A DNA stretch of 55,391 nt, taken from assembly GCA_011364925.1 (NCBI GenBank), contig RDOA01000020.1:1-55391 (forward strand), in the 5' to 3' direction. The position numbers and the translations under genes were made by a program. The notes under the pieces are model-generated. The model saw only the letters and a program-made list of their open reading frames with translations. It had not been told where the DNA came from and searched no databases. The stretch comes from Promethearchaeota archaeon (lineage in GTDB: Archaea > Asgardarchaeota > Lokiarchaeia > Sigyniarchaeales > SOKP01). Below, piece by piece: positions 19,087 to 28,521 of this stretch; the stretch's first letter is position 1, and each line of letters opens with the position of its first letter.

Positions 19087-20013
19087 TTAATCTGATAAGA
19101 GTTCAGCCAGTATTGCCTTTCTCATTGGAATTCCATAATATGCCTGTTTAAAGAAAATTGCCTTTGGTGAATCGTCAATCTCGGATGAAATCTCGTTAAC
19201 TCTTGGTAATGGGTGCATTATCTTAAAGTCGTCTTTCGTTTCTTCCATATCCTTTTTAGTAAACACATAAAAATCTTTAACTCTATCGTATTCTTCAATA
19301 TCGGCGAATCGTTCTTTTTGTATTCTTGTAATATAAAGAACATCAAGAATACCTAAAATGTCTCGATATCTCTCAATCTCTTTATACTTCACATGTCTCT
19401 GTTGCAAAAAATCCTTGTCTCTGTTTCTCAACATCAAGTCCTTAGGACTTATAAAGTATATATTCGCTTCGAAATTTGATAGTAGAATAGATAATGAATG
19501 AACCGTTCGACCATATTTCAAATCACCCATTATCCCAATATTTAATCCATCTAATTTATGTCCTGCTTGAGTAATTGTTAATAAATCTAAGAGAGCCTGA
19601 GTAGGATGTTCTCCACTTCCAGATCCCGCGTTAATAACAGGTATTCGTGCAAATTTAGCAGCTAACCTTGCCGCACCTTCTAAATTATGCCTAATCACAA
19701 TACCATCACAGTAATTCTCTACAGTTCGAACAGTATCTGCGATGGTTTCACCTTTTTTAGTTGAAGCCACGTCTCCAGTGTGAAAACCAATTACATTCCC
19801 TCCAAGACGATACATTGCTGATTCAAAACTTAACCTTGTCCTAGTAGAAGGCTCAAAAAATAAAGTGGCAAGAATTTTTCCTTTTAAAATCTCAGAGTTT
19901 TTATCGTTATTAATCATTTCTTTGCTTTTTTGGAGTAGATAATCAATATCTTCTCGCGTAAAATCCTTCGCTGTTATGATTCCTTCTTCAAATTTTTCTT
20001 TAAACGACATCAT
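19087..20013 (-). CDS. pyrB: Aspartate carbamoyltransferase catalytic subunit
   Basis: FFEPSTRT, HPTQ, GDLKYGRTVHS, HPLPR; start moved to ATG 20013 (or 20010) from the track's upstream TTG. Confidence 0.97.
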   Translation of the reverse strand: MMSFKEKFEEGIITAKDFTREDIDYLLQKSKEMINNDKNSEILKGKILATLFFEPSTRTRLSFESAMYRLGGNVIGFHTGDVASTKKGETIADTVRTVENYCDGIVIRHNLEGAARLAAKFARIPVINAGSGSGEHPTQALLDLLTITQAGHKLDGLNIGIMGDLKYGRTVHSLSILLSNFEANIYFISPKDLMLRNRDKDFLQQRHVKYKEIERYRDILGILDVLYITRIQKERFADIEEYDRVKDFYVFTKKDMEETKDDFKIMHPLPRVNEISSEIDDSPKAIFFKQAYYGIPMRKAILAELLSD

Positions 20014-20167
20014 TCTGAACAAAAGTTTTAATAAAATTATTGTAATACCATATAAAACATTTTTTATTAACCTATGCTTTCCTAACAAAGAATAACGCAG
20101 AACTAATAAAATTTAAAATTTATAAATAATTAAATAATTTAAGTTGAACTTTAAAGGTGTGTGAAAA

Positions 20168-20449
20168 ATGAAATATCCGCGTTCAGTAAATCGCTATTGC
20201 CCAAACTGTAAATCACATAAATTGCATAATGTGTCAGTATACAAGAAGGGAAAAGAACGGATGCTTAACCACGGAAGAAGGAGGGTCGAGAGAAAGAAGA
20301 AAGGATACGGTAGTTTCCCCAAAGAAATATTTCACAAGAACGCCAAAATAAATAAGCGTACCCTCCCTGTTTTAGAATGTTCCGAATGCGGAAAAAAACA
20401 ATATGCTAAATCTTATCGGGTAAAAAAATTCGAATTGCAAGAAGCGTAG
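20168..20449 (+). CDS. rpl44e: 50S ribosomal protein L44e (eL42)
   Basis: YCPNC..H..H.V..YKKGK, GYG, L.C..CGK. Confidence 0.96.
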   Translation: MKYPRSVNRYCPNCKSHKLHNVSVYKKGKERMLNHGRRRVERKKKGYGSFPKEIFHKNAKINKRTLPVLECSECGKKQYAKSYRVKKFELQEA

Positions 20450-20459
20450 GTGTTTTCTC

Positions 20460-20666
20460 ATAACAAAAAAAAAGAGTAAAAATGTCTTAATTCCTCAACC
20501 CCAAAGTAGGTTCTTGAGAGTTAAATGTCTTAATTGTGGAAACCAACAAATTATTTTTGGATGTTCTGCTACAGATGTCGAATGTTTAGTGTGTGGAAAA
20601 ACACTTCTTCAGTCAACTGGGGGCAAAGCACGAATTTTAACTAAGATCTTAGAAGTGCTTTCTTAA
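20460..20666 (+). CDS. rps27e: 30S ribosomal protein S27e (missed by ORF track; apparent ATA start)
   Basis: Own translation: (M)[67 protein letters not shown]; canonical position after L44e; SD AGGTG at 20448-20452. Confidence 0.95.
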   Translation: MTKKKSKNVLIPQPQSRFLRVKCLNCGNQQIIFGCSATDVECLVCGKTLLQSTGGKARILTKILEVLS

Positions 20667-20710
20667 ATTATTGTTGCTTCTTTTATCAAGGTTTTAAATT
20701 AACTATCAGA

Positions 20711-20732
20711 TCGTGAAACCACCCTTTCACGA
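20711..20732. terminator. Perfect 8-bp hairpin between convergent rps27e and nitroreductase genes
   Basis: TCGTGAAA-CCACCC-TTTCACGA; flanked by an A-tract that reads as a T-tract on the minus strand. Confidence 0.4.
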
Positions 20733-20758
20733 AGATTAATAAAAAAAATAAAAATTGA

Positions 20759-21565
20759 TTATAATCCCTTCACGCGTTTAAAGGGGCGAGGCGGGGTACG
20801 ATACACCGGATAGTCAGGATACCCTACTGTAAACGCTCCAAACGCTTTAGCTCTAATGCCAGCTATTTTCATTATTTTTGGATTTAATTCAATGCCCACT
20901 TGAGTCCACCCATTCCAGCAGGTGCCTAAACCTAACGAATGGGCTGCTAAACGGCCATAAGTGATTAAGTTGGCAATATTCTGAATTCCTATAACTGTAG
21001 ATAGCTGAGAAGAGACAATGATTAGATGTGGTGCATCAAAATAGACGGGAGCTTCAAATTGTGTAGCAAGATTTTCCAATCTTTCACCATATAACCATCC
21101 CCAGGCCTTATCATTAGTTAAGGTTTCTTGAATTGCCTCTGATAACTCTATAAGCTGCTTTTTATCAGAGATAATCGTAAGCGATTCTGATCTCATGTTG
21201 CGACCTGTGGGAGCCCATTGCATTGCATCAAATAATTTTTGCAGTATCTCTTTTGGAACTTTTTGCTTTTTGTATTGCCGTATTGAGCGGTGAGCTTGAA
21301 AGAATTTGAACATCTCTTCGAAGCCAATGATTTCTTCTGGATTATTTATCCCTTTAAATGTATAGGTCTCTCCCATTTCTTCAAAAAGAATAGCGTCTTC
21401 TGGACATCTAGCAACACAGTGACCGCATCGGATACACATTGAATTAGGGTCATCGTAAGTGATTTTTTCCCCTTCTTCCTCCTCATTAAAGAGCATCCTA
21501 GGGCAAGTTCTTACACAAGTTCCGCAATTGGTGCATTTATCATAGTCAATACCAACAATTGGCAT
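20759..21565 (-). CDS. Ferredoxin-fused nitroreductase family protein
   Basis: Two CxxCxxCxxxCP motifs; RSIRQY, APTG.N, GLGTCW. Confidence 0.92.
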   Translation of the reverse strand: MPIVGIDYDKCTNCGTCVRTCPRMLFNEEEEGEKITYDDPNSMCIRCGHCVARCPEDAILFEEMGETYTFKGINNPEEIIGFEEMFKFFQAHRSIRQYKKQKVPKEILQKLFDAMQWAPTGRNMRSESLTIISDKKQLIELSEAIQETLTNDKAWGWLYGERLENLATQFEAPVYFDAPHLIIVSSQLSTVIGIQNIANLITYGRLAAHSLGLGTCWNGWTQVGIELNPKIMKIAGIRAKAFGAFTVGYPDYPVYRTPPRPFKRVKGL

Positions 21566-21678
21566 TTGATATCACTATATAAAACTAGGTATCTTTTGAA
21601 TTAATCTTGTTTCAATAGATTAAAAAATTATCGACTGGATGATGTATTAATTAATATTTTCGCATCAATTGAATAAGC

Positions 21679-22017
21679 TCAATATTCTCGCCAAGTGTGT
21701 TTGCACACTAAGCATCTGAAAAAAGAAGTACTTGGTTCATCAGCACCACGGGTTTGTTCCTGCCACGCTTCTGCTTCTGTATGGTTGCATTTTGGGCAAT
21801 ATTTTTTCACAATTGGATGTACAGATATTTTTTCTTCATGAGGTACTACTATAAGATTCTTCTCTAAAGCTTTTTTTTTCATTTTGATCTCTCGCGTGAT
21901 TTCTTCATTAGTGAGGTTAAAATCCTTTTGAAAACCACATCTACAGACTAATACACTATGACCATCAAAAACTTTCTTACGTAAGAGATTTGAACATTCT
22001 GGACAAAATTCAACCAT
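21679..22017 (-). CDS. tfs: Transcription factor S (TFS/RpoM family)
   Basis: FCPEC N-terminal ribbon; CPKC...QTRGADEP.T.FFRC..C.HTWREY with catalytic DE. Confidence 0.93.
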   Translation of the reverse strand: MVEFCPECSNLLRKKVFDGHSVLVCRCGFQKDFNLTNEEITREIKMKKKALEKNLIVVPHEEKISVHPIVKKYCPKCNHTEAEAWQEQTRGADEPSTSFFRCLVCKHTWREY

Positions 22018-22197
22018 ATACTTAACCTAAGGAATTAATATAGTTCCTAGTTGATTAAAAAAAACCATTAATAATAAAATTTTTCCTTTTAAAAAAAAAT
22101 TTTACAAAATATTAAGAATTTGATTAATTTATTAAATGAACAAGACATAAAAGAGCTGGTATTCAACTTTTTGATATTCAAAATCTTGAAGAAAGCT

Positions 22198-22521
22198 TTA
22201 AACTAACTTTAACTCCTTTTTTATATCGTAAAGTTTTTCATAATACTCAAAATTTAAATTTTTCTTGTCTTGTATAATTTCTGCGCCAACTTCTTTTTCT
22301 CCGCCCATAGTAATGTTAAGCTCACCTATAACATTAATGAGAGCGTTTTGTTTAAATAGAAACTCAACATTTTTAATGTTAACCTTTATATCTCCTGTTT
22401 TATCGTTTAAGACTAAATAGTCATTTCCAACGATTTCTTTGATGTAACCGGTTATCTGAACTCGATTATCTGAGCTTTTTAAATCTACAATCATTCTTTG
22501 AATCGCTGGTTCGCGCATCAT
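22198..22521 (-). CDS. Single OB-fold protein, RPA14/RPA3-like
   Basis: RV.I.G, L.D.TG.I.V, I.V.G and C-terminal IIQD...L.F..Y helix; divergent from PCNA. Confidence 0.65.
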   Translation of the reverse strand: MMREPAIQRMIVDLKSSDNRVQITGYIKEIVGNDYLVLNDKTGDIKVNIKNVEFLFKQNALINVIGELNITMGGEKEVGAEIIQDKKNLNFEYYEKLYDIKKELKLV

Positions 22522-22702
22522 ATTATATCAGTTTTTTTTTATTTATATAGATTAAAAAATTTAAGGTGACTATAAATAATTAATTCAAAAATTACAAATT
22601 GAATAGTAAACTATTATTAAACGTATAATACTGAATTTTATAAATATTGTCAATAAAACTATATTAATATAAATTAGTAAACAATAAAAGTGCTGATATT
22701 TA

Positions 22703-23506
22703 ATGAGCTTTACACTAAAACTGGAAAATAGTAGAGTACTGAAAGGTATAGTTGAAACACTTTCAAGTATCATCGATGAGACTGAATTTAAAGTTTCTCC
22801 AAAAGAATTTGTTATCACTGCCATGGACCCAAGTCGAATTTGCTTACTAAAATTATCAATAAAGAAGGAGAGTTTTGACGATTATAAGTGCAGTAAAGAA
22901 ACCAAAATAGGATTAAACTTAGATGATCTAGATAAAATTCTTAAGCGAAGTTCTATGGACGATAATATTGAAATAGATTTTAAGGAAACCGATCAAAAAA
23001 TCAAAATCACCATGCAACGTGAAGGGAGAGACCGAAAGAGAACGTTTAGTTTAGCGTTGATAGACCTTGAACGCGAAGAGATTCCAATGGAAAATCTATT
23101 GAAAATCGAATATCCATCAAAATGGGTAATTGATTCCGAATTTCTCGTAGAAGCTATCAAAGACGCAGAAATATATTCTGAAATACTCAATATGAAAGCT
23201 GTTGCAGATCAAGGGTTAGTTTTTAGCTCAACTGGTCAGATTGGTGAAATGCAATACGATCTTAGCTTGGAGGATTTAATCGAAAGCGAAATCAACGAAA
23301 CTTGCACGGGAGCTTACAGTCTTACGTTTCTAAAAGCAATCCTAAAGATTGCATCAATTACAGAAAAACTGGAAATCTCCTTAAAAACCGATCATCCCTT
23401 GAAAATGATTTTCAATCTCTTAGAAGGTGGTGAATTGAGCTACTTCCTCGCACCTCGCGTCGAAGAAGCTGAATTTGAAGAGGACGAAGACATGGATGAA
23501 TTTTAA
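22703..23506 (+). CDS. pcn: DNA sliding clamp PCNA
   Basis: AMDPSRI.L, YSL.FL, YFLAPRVE plus acidic tail. Confidence 0.97.
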   Translation: MSFTLKLENSRVLKGIVETLSSIIDETEFKVSPKEFVITAMDPSRICLLKLSIKKESFDDYKCSKETKIGLNLDDLDKILKRSSMDDNIEIDFKETDQKIKITMQREGRDRKRTFSLALIDLEREEIPMENLLKIEYPSKWVIDSEFLVEAIKDAEIYSEILNMKAVADQGLVFSSTGQIGEMQYDLSLEDLIESEINETCTGAYSLTFLKAILKIASITEKLEISLKTDHPLKMIFNLLEGGELSYFLAPRVEEAEFEEDEDMDEF

Positions 23507-23610
23507 GGTACATTCAATAAACTAGTTAACTCTTTGCAGTTAAAACGAATTACCTGTATTCTCAAGTGTAAGAACTTATTTTTATTTTAAACAACGAGGT
23601 TAAATGAGCC

Positions 23611-24825
23611 TTGAGCATATCAAATGAATTAGTCAACCGTTACCCTTGGCTTCCCTCCTTGAAGAAGTATTATAATGATATTGGGGAGAAGCCACCCGTT
23701 GAATTTATTGCAGAGATATTCAACTCTCCTGATAATCATCAAATAGCTGAACGAGTATTAAATATTTTTAAAGCGGCATTCGATAATTTAGAAGAGATTC
23801 CAAATTATCAAATCGATAATTTAAATGTTTACGTATATCTACTGCTTAAAATTATACTTTACGCTCTAAATAACAAATTAATAACGAACAGAATTGCAAA
23901 TCTATATTCTAAAAACGCATACAGCGATATGGAAAGAGAGAATAATGAATCAGACATATATGAAATCAGCCACGATTTAGGACTTAAAATTAACTATTAT
24001 GATCCTCCTATTGAGTATGGGTTAAAAATAGTTAAGGATCACAGAGAACCACGAAGAACCAATTTTACCATTCATTATATCGACTATCTCAGACTTGCTT
24101 CAAATTTAAGAGACGAATATAGAAAGTTAACGAATAATACCCTAATTAATGGTTTTGTCTTCGTCCAAAACAAAACATTAATACGATTGATCCAAGAATA
24201 TGTTAGAAATAAGCTTCTAATAGAAGAAACGGATGATAAAGCTTCCTTAAAGGCATTTATTAAAGAAGTATCCCGTATTCAAGGATTTAAAGATTTATAT
24301 GACAAAATTTTAAGTTTATGGGTGGAGCGAAAAGAAGATTTTGATTTTACGTTTAAGATCGACATCAAAAGTAAAGAAGAGCTCTTAACTCTTTATCCTC
24401 CTTGTGTCCTTGAAGTGCTAAAAAAAGCAGAAGAGGGCCAAAATCTTGCCCATCATGAACGACTTTATATTGTCTGGTTTCTACTTGCTTTGGAATATCC
24501 CGTTGAAAACGTTATTAATATATTTTCAACATTACCGGATTTTGATAGAGAACAGACTACTTATCAAGTAGAGTACGCAAAAAGGAAAAACTATACTCCA
24601 TATCAGTGTTCTACTTTAAAATCTTTAGGCTTATGTATGGCAGAGAAATATAAAGATGAGCTTTGCTTGACTGGATATGGTTCAAAAGATCCTACAGAGA
24701 GAAAACTATTGAAACATCCTTTAGCTTATGTTCGTATAAAACAATACAGAACTGAGAAGGAAGAGGAGTATCTAAAAAACCTAGCAAAAAGAAAATTGGA
24801 GGAACCAAAGAATCAAAATGACTGA
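23611..24825 (+). CDS. priL: DNA primase large subunit
   Basis: RYPWL, PPC, NL.H.ER, PDF....T.YQV, Y....C..L...GLC (Fe-S domain). Confidence 0.92.
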   Translation: MSISNELVNRYPWLPSLKKYYNDIGEKPPVEFIAEIFNSPDNHQIAERVLNIFKAAFDNLEEIPNYQIDNLNVYVYLLLKIILYALNNKLITNRIANLYSKNAYSDMERENNESDIYEISHDLGLKINYYDPPIEYGLKIVKDHREPRRTNFTIHYIDYLRLASNLRDEYRKLTNNTLINGFVFVQNKTLIRLIQEYVRNKLLIEETDDKASLKAFIKEVSRIQGFKDLYDKILSLWVERKEDFDFTFKIDIKSKEELLTLYPPCVLEVLKKAEEGQNLAHHERLYIVWFLLALEYPVENVINIFSTLPDFDREQTTYQVEYAKRKNYTPYQCSTLKSLGLCMAEKYKDELCLTGYGSKDPTERKLLKHPLAYVRIKQYRTEKEEEYLKNLAKRKLEEPKNQND

Positions 24826-26101
24826 CCTTATATATTTAAAAAGGTTATTTCAGGCGTACTATCAAGAAGAACGAGAATCAATCCCTATCGTCAACTCCTT
24901 AAATTTGAGAGAATTTGGTTTTATCCCATGGGAAAAAAAGGTCTTTATGAAAAGACATATGAAGTTTGAGACTCCAGACGAACTAAAAGATAATATAATT
25001 CAAAATGCGCCTAAACATTTATATTCAAGTGGTTCTCTCTATATGCTCCCCGACGCGAAAGAAATGGAAAACAAAAAGTATCTGGGATGTGACTTAATAA
25101 TTGATATCGATGTTGATCATTTCTATACTCCTTGTAAAAACAATCATGATCTATGGGTTTGTAAAGAATGTGGAAATAAAGGAAGTGGAATGCCTGATAA
25201 ATGTCCTAAATGTAAAGCATCTAAGTTTAGTAAGCTGAATTGGGTATGTGATGATTGTTTAGATATTGCTAAAAAAGAAATCAAGAAGTTAATCTATGAT
25301 TTTCTTATTCCTGACTTTGGAATAAATGAAAAAGACATGAAAATCGCGTTTTCAGGTCATAGAGGTTACCATTTAAAAATTGAAGGGGACGAATTAAGAT
25401 CATTAAATAGTGATGAACGAAGAGAAATCGTCGATTACTTAACGGGTAATAACATTTCTTTTGAGCTATTAGGTCTTATTGAGAGATCAAAAGAAATTCA
25501 TGGACTATCGAAAGAAAATCTTGGATGGTCTCAAAAAATTATGCGCAAAGTGGAAGAATTTTTAAGCAAGCCTAAAACTGAAATAGAAAGAATATTATTA
25601 GACGATAAACGATTTAACTTTAGCCAGAATTATGTTTCCAGCTTTTTGAATTATAAAGATGATTTCTTGGAATTAATTAAAAAAGGAGAAAGAAACGTTT
25701 GGGCTATAGAAGGCTTCGGTTTAATTATGTGGAAAAAATTTCTAAAAGAAATTGTTAAACAAGTTGGAGTTGAATTAGACGAACCTGTGTCTATAGATAT
25801 TCACAGACTTATAAGGTATCCAGGATCCTTACACGGAAAAACGGGATTTAAAGTCCAAGAAATTAACATGAATGAATTAGAAGATTTTAATCCGTTGGAT
25901 GAACCAAATGAAAGAATAGATCCAATTGTTTTTAAAACTGAGAAAAATCTAAGCTATAAATTAGAGATCACCGAAATGGAGGTACCAATGACAAAAATCA
26001 AAGGAGCAAAGTACGGTCCTTATGTAAAAGGAGAAAAAATCGAAGTCCCTCACCATATAGCAGTATTTTTATTGTGCAAAGAAGTTGCGAAATTAATTTG
26101 A
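24818..26101 (+). CDS. priS: DNA primase small (catalytic) subunit
   Basis: REFGF, DLIIDID, FSGHRGYH, D..V..DIHRLIRYPGSLHGKTG. Confidence 0.96.
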   Translation: MTDLIYLKRLFQAYYQEERESIPIVNSLNLREFGFIPWEKKVFMKRHMKFETPDELKDNIIQNAPKHLYSSGSLYMLPDAKEMENKKYLGCDLIIDIDVDHFYTPCKNNHDLWVCKECGNKGSGMPDKCPKCKASKFSKLNWVCDDCLDIAKKEIKKLIYDFLIPDFGINEKDMKIAFSGHRGYHLKIEGDELRSLNSDERREIVDYLTGNNISFELLGLIERSKEIHGLSKENLGWSQKIMRKVEEFLSKPKTEIERILLDDKRFNFSQNYVSSFLNYKDDFLELIKKGERNVWAIEGFGLIMWKKFLKEIVKQVGVELDEPVSIDIHRLIRYPGSLHGKTGFKVQEINMNELEDFNPLDEPNERIDPIVFKTEKNLSYKLEITEMEVPMTKIKGAKYGPYVKGEKIEVPHHIAVFLLCKEVAKLI

Positions 26102-26162
26102 GTTAAAATAATAAAATCTCTCCTCTTTCAATATTATAGAAGAACTTGATTTTTTGATACTT

Positions 26163-26861
26163 ATGAACTTAAAAACGGATTATCAGAATCTCTACAAACA
26201 TTGGCTTAAAGAATTTGAAAGCAGTGAATTAACACCATTAACTCAAGAAATTTTTGAATACTATCGGAAATCAATTGATTACATCACTAAGTTTGAGTTG
26301 GAAAGTAAACAAAATGTTGAGATACAAATATTAAATTCCTATAAGCAGAACTTCAAGTATTTATTCAACGATTTTTTAAAAATACGAGAAGTCAAAATAT
26401 TAAACGCAGCGTTAATCCTTCAAGAAATTAATTACGACAATGTTATAGAAGCTGAAAAGCTGTTCTATCGAAATCTAGTTAGCGCGATTAAAGGATTTAC
26501 GAAGCTTAAATCGTTCTCATTATACGATATAAACGAACCAGTTGAATTAGATGAGGTTTTCGAAGAAGAAGACATATCCTCAGAACCTATCCAAGCTGAA
26601 ATTACTACAGAGAGTGAAATAGAACACAATGAAGCTGGTGCTACTCCCATAAAAACTCCGCAACTAGATATTGAACAACTAAAACAAGAGTCTGAATTCG
26701 ATTATACCATTATTAGGTTTATTTCTCCTTCGCCGCCACTGGTTGGAATTGATAGTATTACCTATGGACCTTTTCAAGAAAATGATATTGTTAATATGCC
26801 TTATAAAAACGCAAAAATTCTTATATACGAGAAATTAGCTGAAGAAATCGATGTTTCTTAA
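26163..26861 (+). CDS. GINS subunit (Gins15/Gins51 type)
   Basis: R..KI helical A-domain then B-domain VG.D...YGPF...DIV.MP..NA..L; follows priS; ATG 26163 preferred over TTG 26154. Confidence 0.85.
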   Translation: MNLKTDYQNLYKHWLKEFESSELTPLTQEIFEYYRKSIDYITKFELESKQNVEIQILNSYKQNFKYLFNDFLKIREVKILNAALILQEINYDNVIEAEKLFYRNLVSAIKGFTKLKSFSLYDINEPVELDEVFEEEDISSEPIQAEITTESEIEHNEAGATPIKTPQLDIEQLKQESEFDYTIIRFISPSPPLVGIDSITYGPFQENDIVNMPYKNAKILIYEKLAEEIDVS

Positions 26862-27049
26862 TTAGTTTCGAATTTTTTTTTAAATTCTTCCTTAAAATAC
26901 ATCATCCTATATTTTGAATATTTGTCAATAGGGGAATATTTGGGAGGAAATGGATTAATTAAAGTTCCACCGCAAAGATTACACTTTGATTCCTGGTTGA
27001 ATAATCTATATTCTCCACAATCTTTACATATTTGTAGATATTTAGTCAT
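26858..27049 (-). CDS. nop10: H/ACA RNP protein Nop10
   Basis: CKDCG...C.LCGG and PPKYSP.DKYSKYR; follows aIF2-alpha. Confidence 0.92.
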   Translation of the reverse strand: MTKYLQICKDCGEYRLFNQESKCNLCGGTLINPFPPKYSPIDKYSKYRMMYFKEEFKKKFETN

Positions 27050-27077
27050 ATTATTGTTAAATTCTGTTAATTAAGTA

Positions 27078-27902
27078 TTAATCCCTAATAAATTCATAGG
27101 AACTATCACTATCTTGAACGCTGTTTTCTAATACTTCAATTGCGTCTGATAGTATTCCTTCCGCGTCAAGGTAATCTTTAGAGGTTATGTCTATTCTGTA
27201 GAATGGCGCTCCCAGATATGATAAATTTATATTTCTTGTAGGTTTTGGCTTGGGAACAACTTTCATGATGTTAGTTAGGGTTTCCTTTATCTTTGTTATG
27301 CCATCACCACTTCTATTCGTTAGTTTAATTTTTCCTTTTATATTAACTGTAGAAACCTCGACATTCTCCTCTATAATTTTTAAAAAAGCTTTCTTAATAT
27401 CATCACTAATATTGTCAAATTCATCCAATATCTCTTGTCCTTCTTCTTTAAGAGCCTCGAGGGTTTCCTGGTAAAGATCAAACTGATCTTTAATTGGCCA
27501 ACCTAAAAGTTCGTAAGCTTGGTCTAAAGTCAAATCTATTCCTTCTGTCTCTGTTAAAAACTGCAAAAGATTCTCAAACTTGTTAGCGTATTTATGTTCT
27601 TTTGCTATCAACTCTTTTTGTGCGGAATTTACGCGTCTCAATGATAAATCTATCTGTCCTTTATCAGGAACAACTTTTAAAACTCTTAACACAAGGCGTT
27701 GGCCAATTCTCACAATGCTCCTAATGTTTTTTACCCATCTACTTGAGATTTCGCTAATATGAATCATACCTCTTGCAATTTTTTCAGAAGACAAACCCTC
27801 ATAATCTGGTAAATCCACATAAATATATTGATCTTGGATATCAACAACTCGACCCATAATGAAAGCTCCTTCTCGTGGGAAGTTTTCTTTATTTTTTACC
27901 AT
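27078..27902 (-). CDS. eif2a: Translation initiation factor 2 alpha subunit
   Basis: S1 domain IHISEISSRWVKNIR, IDLSLRRV, GAP.YRI. Confidence 0.95.
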   Translation of the reverse strand: MVKNKENFPREGAFIMGRVVDIQDQYIYVDLPDYEGLSSEKIARGMIHISEISSRWVKNIRSIVRIGQRLVLRVLKVVPDKGQIDLSLRRVNSAQKELIAKEHKYANKFENLLQFLTETEGIDLTLDQAYELLGWPIKDQFDLYQETLEALKEEGQEILDEFDNISDDIKKAFLKIIEENVEVSTVNIKGKIKLTNRSGDGITKIKETLTNIMKVVPKPKPTRNINLSYLGAPFYRIDITSKDYLDAEGILSDAIEVLENSVQDSDSSYEFIRD

Positions 27903-28059
27903 GATACTATTTTAATGCTTTGGATAGTTTTTTGAAGTATTATTGTTATATAACGCAATATGGCTTTTTATTTTTATTATCCTAAATGAAGAAAAATGTT
28001 TTTTTTAATCCTTCGCTATCAAAATAATACTTTAAATTCAAACTTAAAGTGATCTAAAA

Positions 28060-28500
28060 ATACCTAATTGGCTTATTCATAATAAATGGGCAAAAAAAGC
28101 TGGAATTGAAGAATTTATCTCGAATTTCGTTAACAGAGACATCGATTACGGGACTTCCTGGGCATATTCCTCAAATAACAACAACTCTTATAAGAATCCA
28201 CATGATAACAAAGCTATTCAACAACTACAGTTCTATCACCAAAAAGACTCAAATAATGAAGCTATTATACAAAATTCTTATGTAAGAGCTTTTTTTCTTC
28301 ATCACCTCTTAGATTTTTTCACTGAAACTCGAATTGATGTAAATAATTTTGAGTTAGTGTTCGAAAAATTCTTGCGTAATAAGGTCGTGATAGAAATTGT
28401 TAATTCTGATGGAATTAAGATAAATTTTAAAGAAGATGTTAACGCTCTTTTCAAATTATTAAATGAAAATAAAAAAGAATTTTTAGATGACTTAAAGTAA
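28060..28500 (+). CDS. Hypothetical protein, possible metal-binding hydrolase (missed by ORF track; apparent ATA start)
   Basis: Stop-free frame from 28048 to TAA 28498-28500; (M)PNWLIHNKWAKKAGIEEFISNFVNRDID...HD...AFFLHHLLDFF...DDLK*; fills an otherwise empty 600-nt gap. Confidence 0.75.
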   Translation: MPNWLIHNKWAKKAGIEEFISNFVNRDIDYGTSWAYSSNNNNSYKNPHDNKAIQQLQFYHQKDSNNEAIIQNSYVRAFFLHHLLDFFTETRIDVNNFELVFEKFLRNKVVIEIVNSDGIKINFKEDVNALFKLLNENKKEFLDDLK

Positions 28501-28521
28501 TAGAATGGTTCGGAACTTTTT

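Noticed and set aside
20014-20088. N-terminal extension of PyrB in the ORF track
   Set aside because: It comes from an upstream TTG in AT-rich promoter-like sequence; homology begins near MMSF at 20013/20010
20711-20732. Hairpin as a possible SECIS element (Lokiarchaeia are known to use eukaryote-like SECIS)
   Set aside because: Short perfect stem without the tandem G-A quartet geometry, and I found no gene here with an in-frame TGA at a Cys position
27725-27770. aIF2-alpha SEISS resembling the eukaryotic Ser51 phosphorylation loop
   Set aside because: Similar serines occur in other archaeal aIF2-alpha proteins, and no kinase is in the window; not evidence of new regulation
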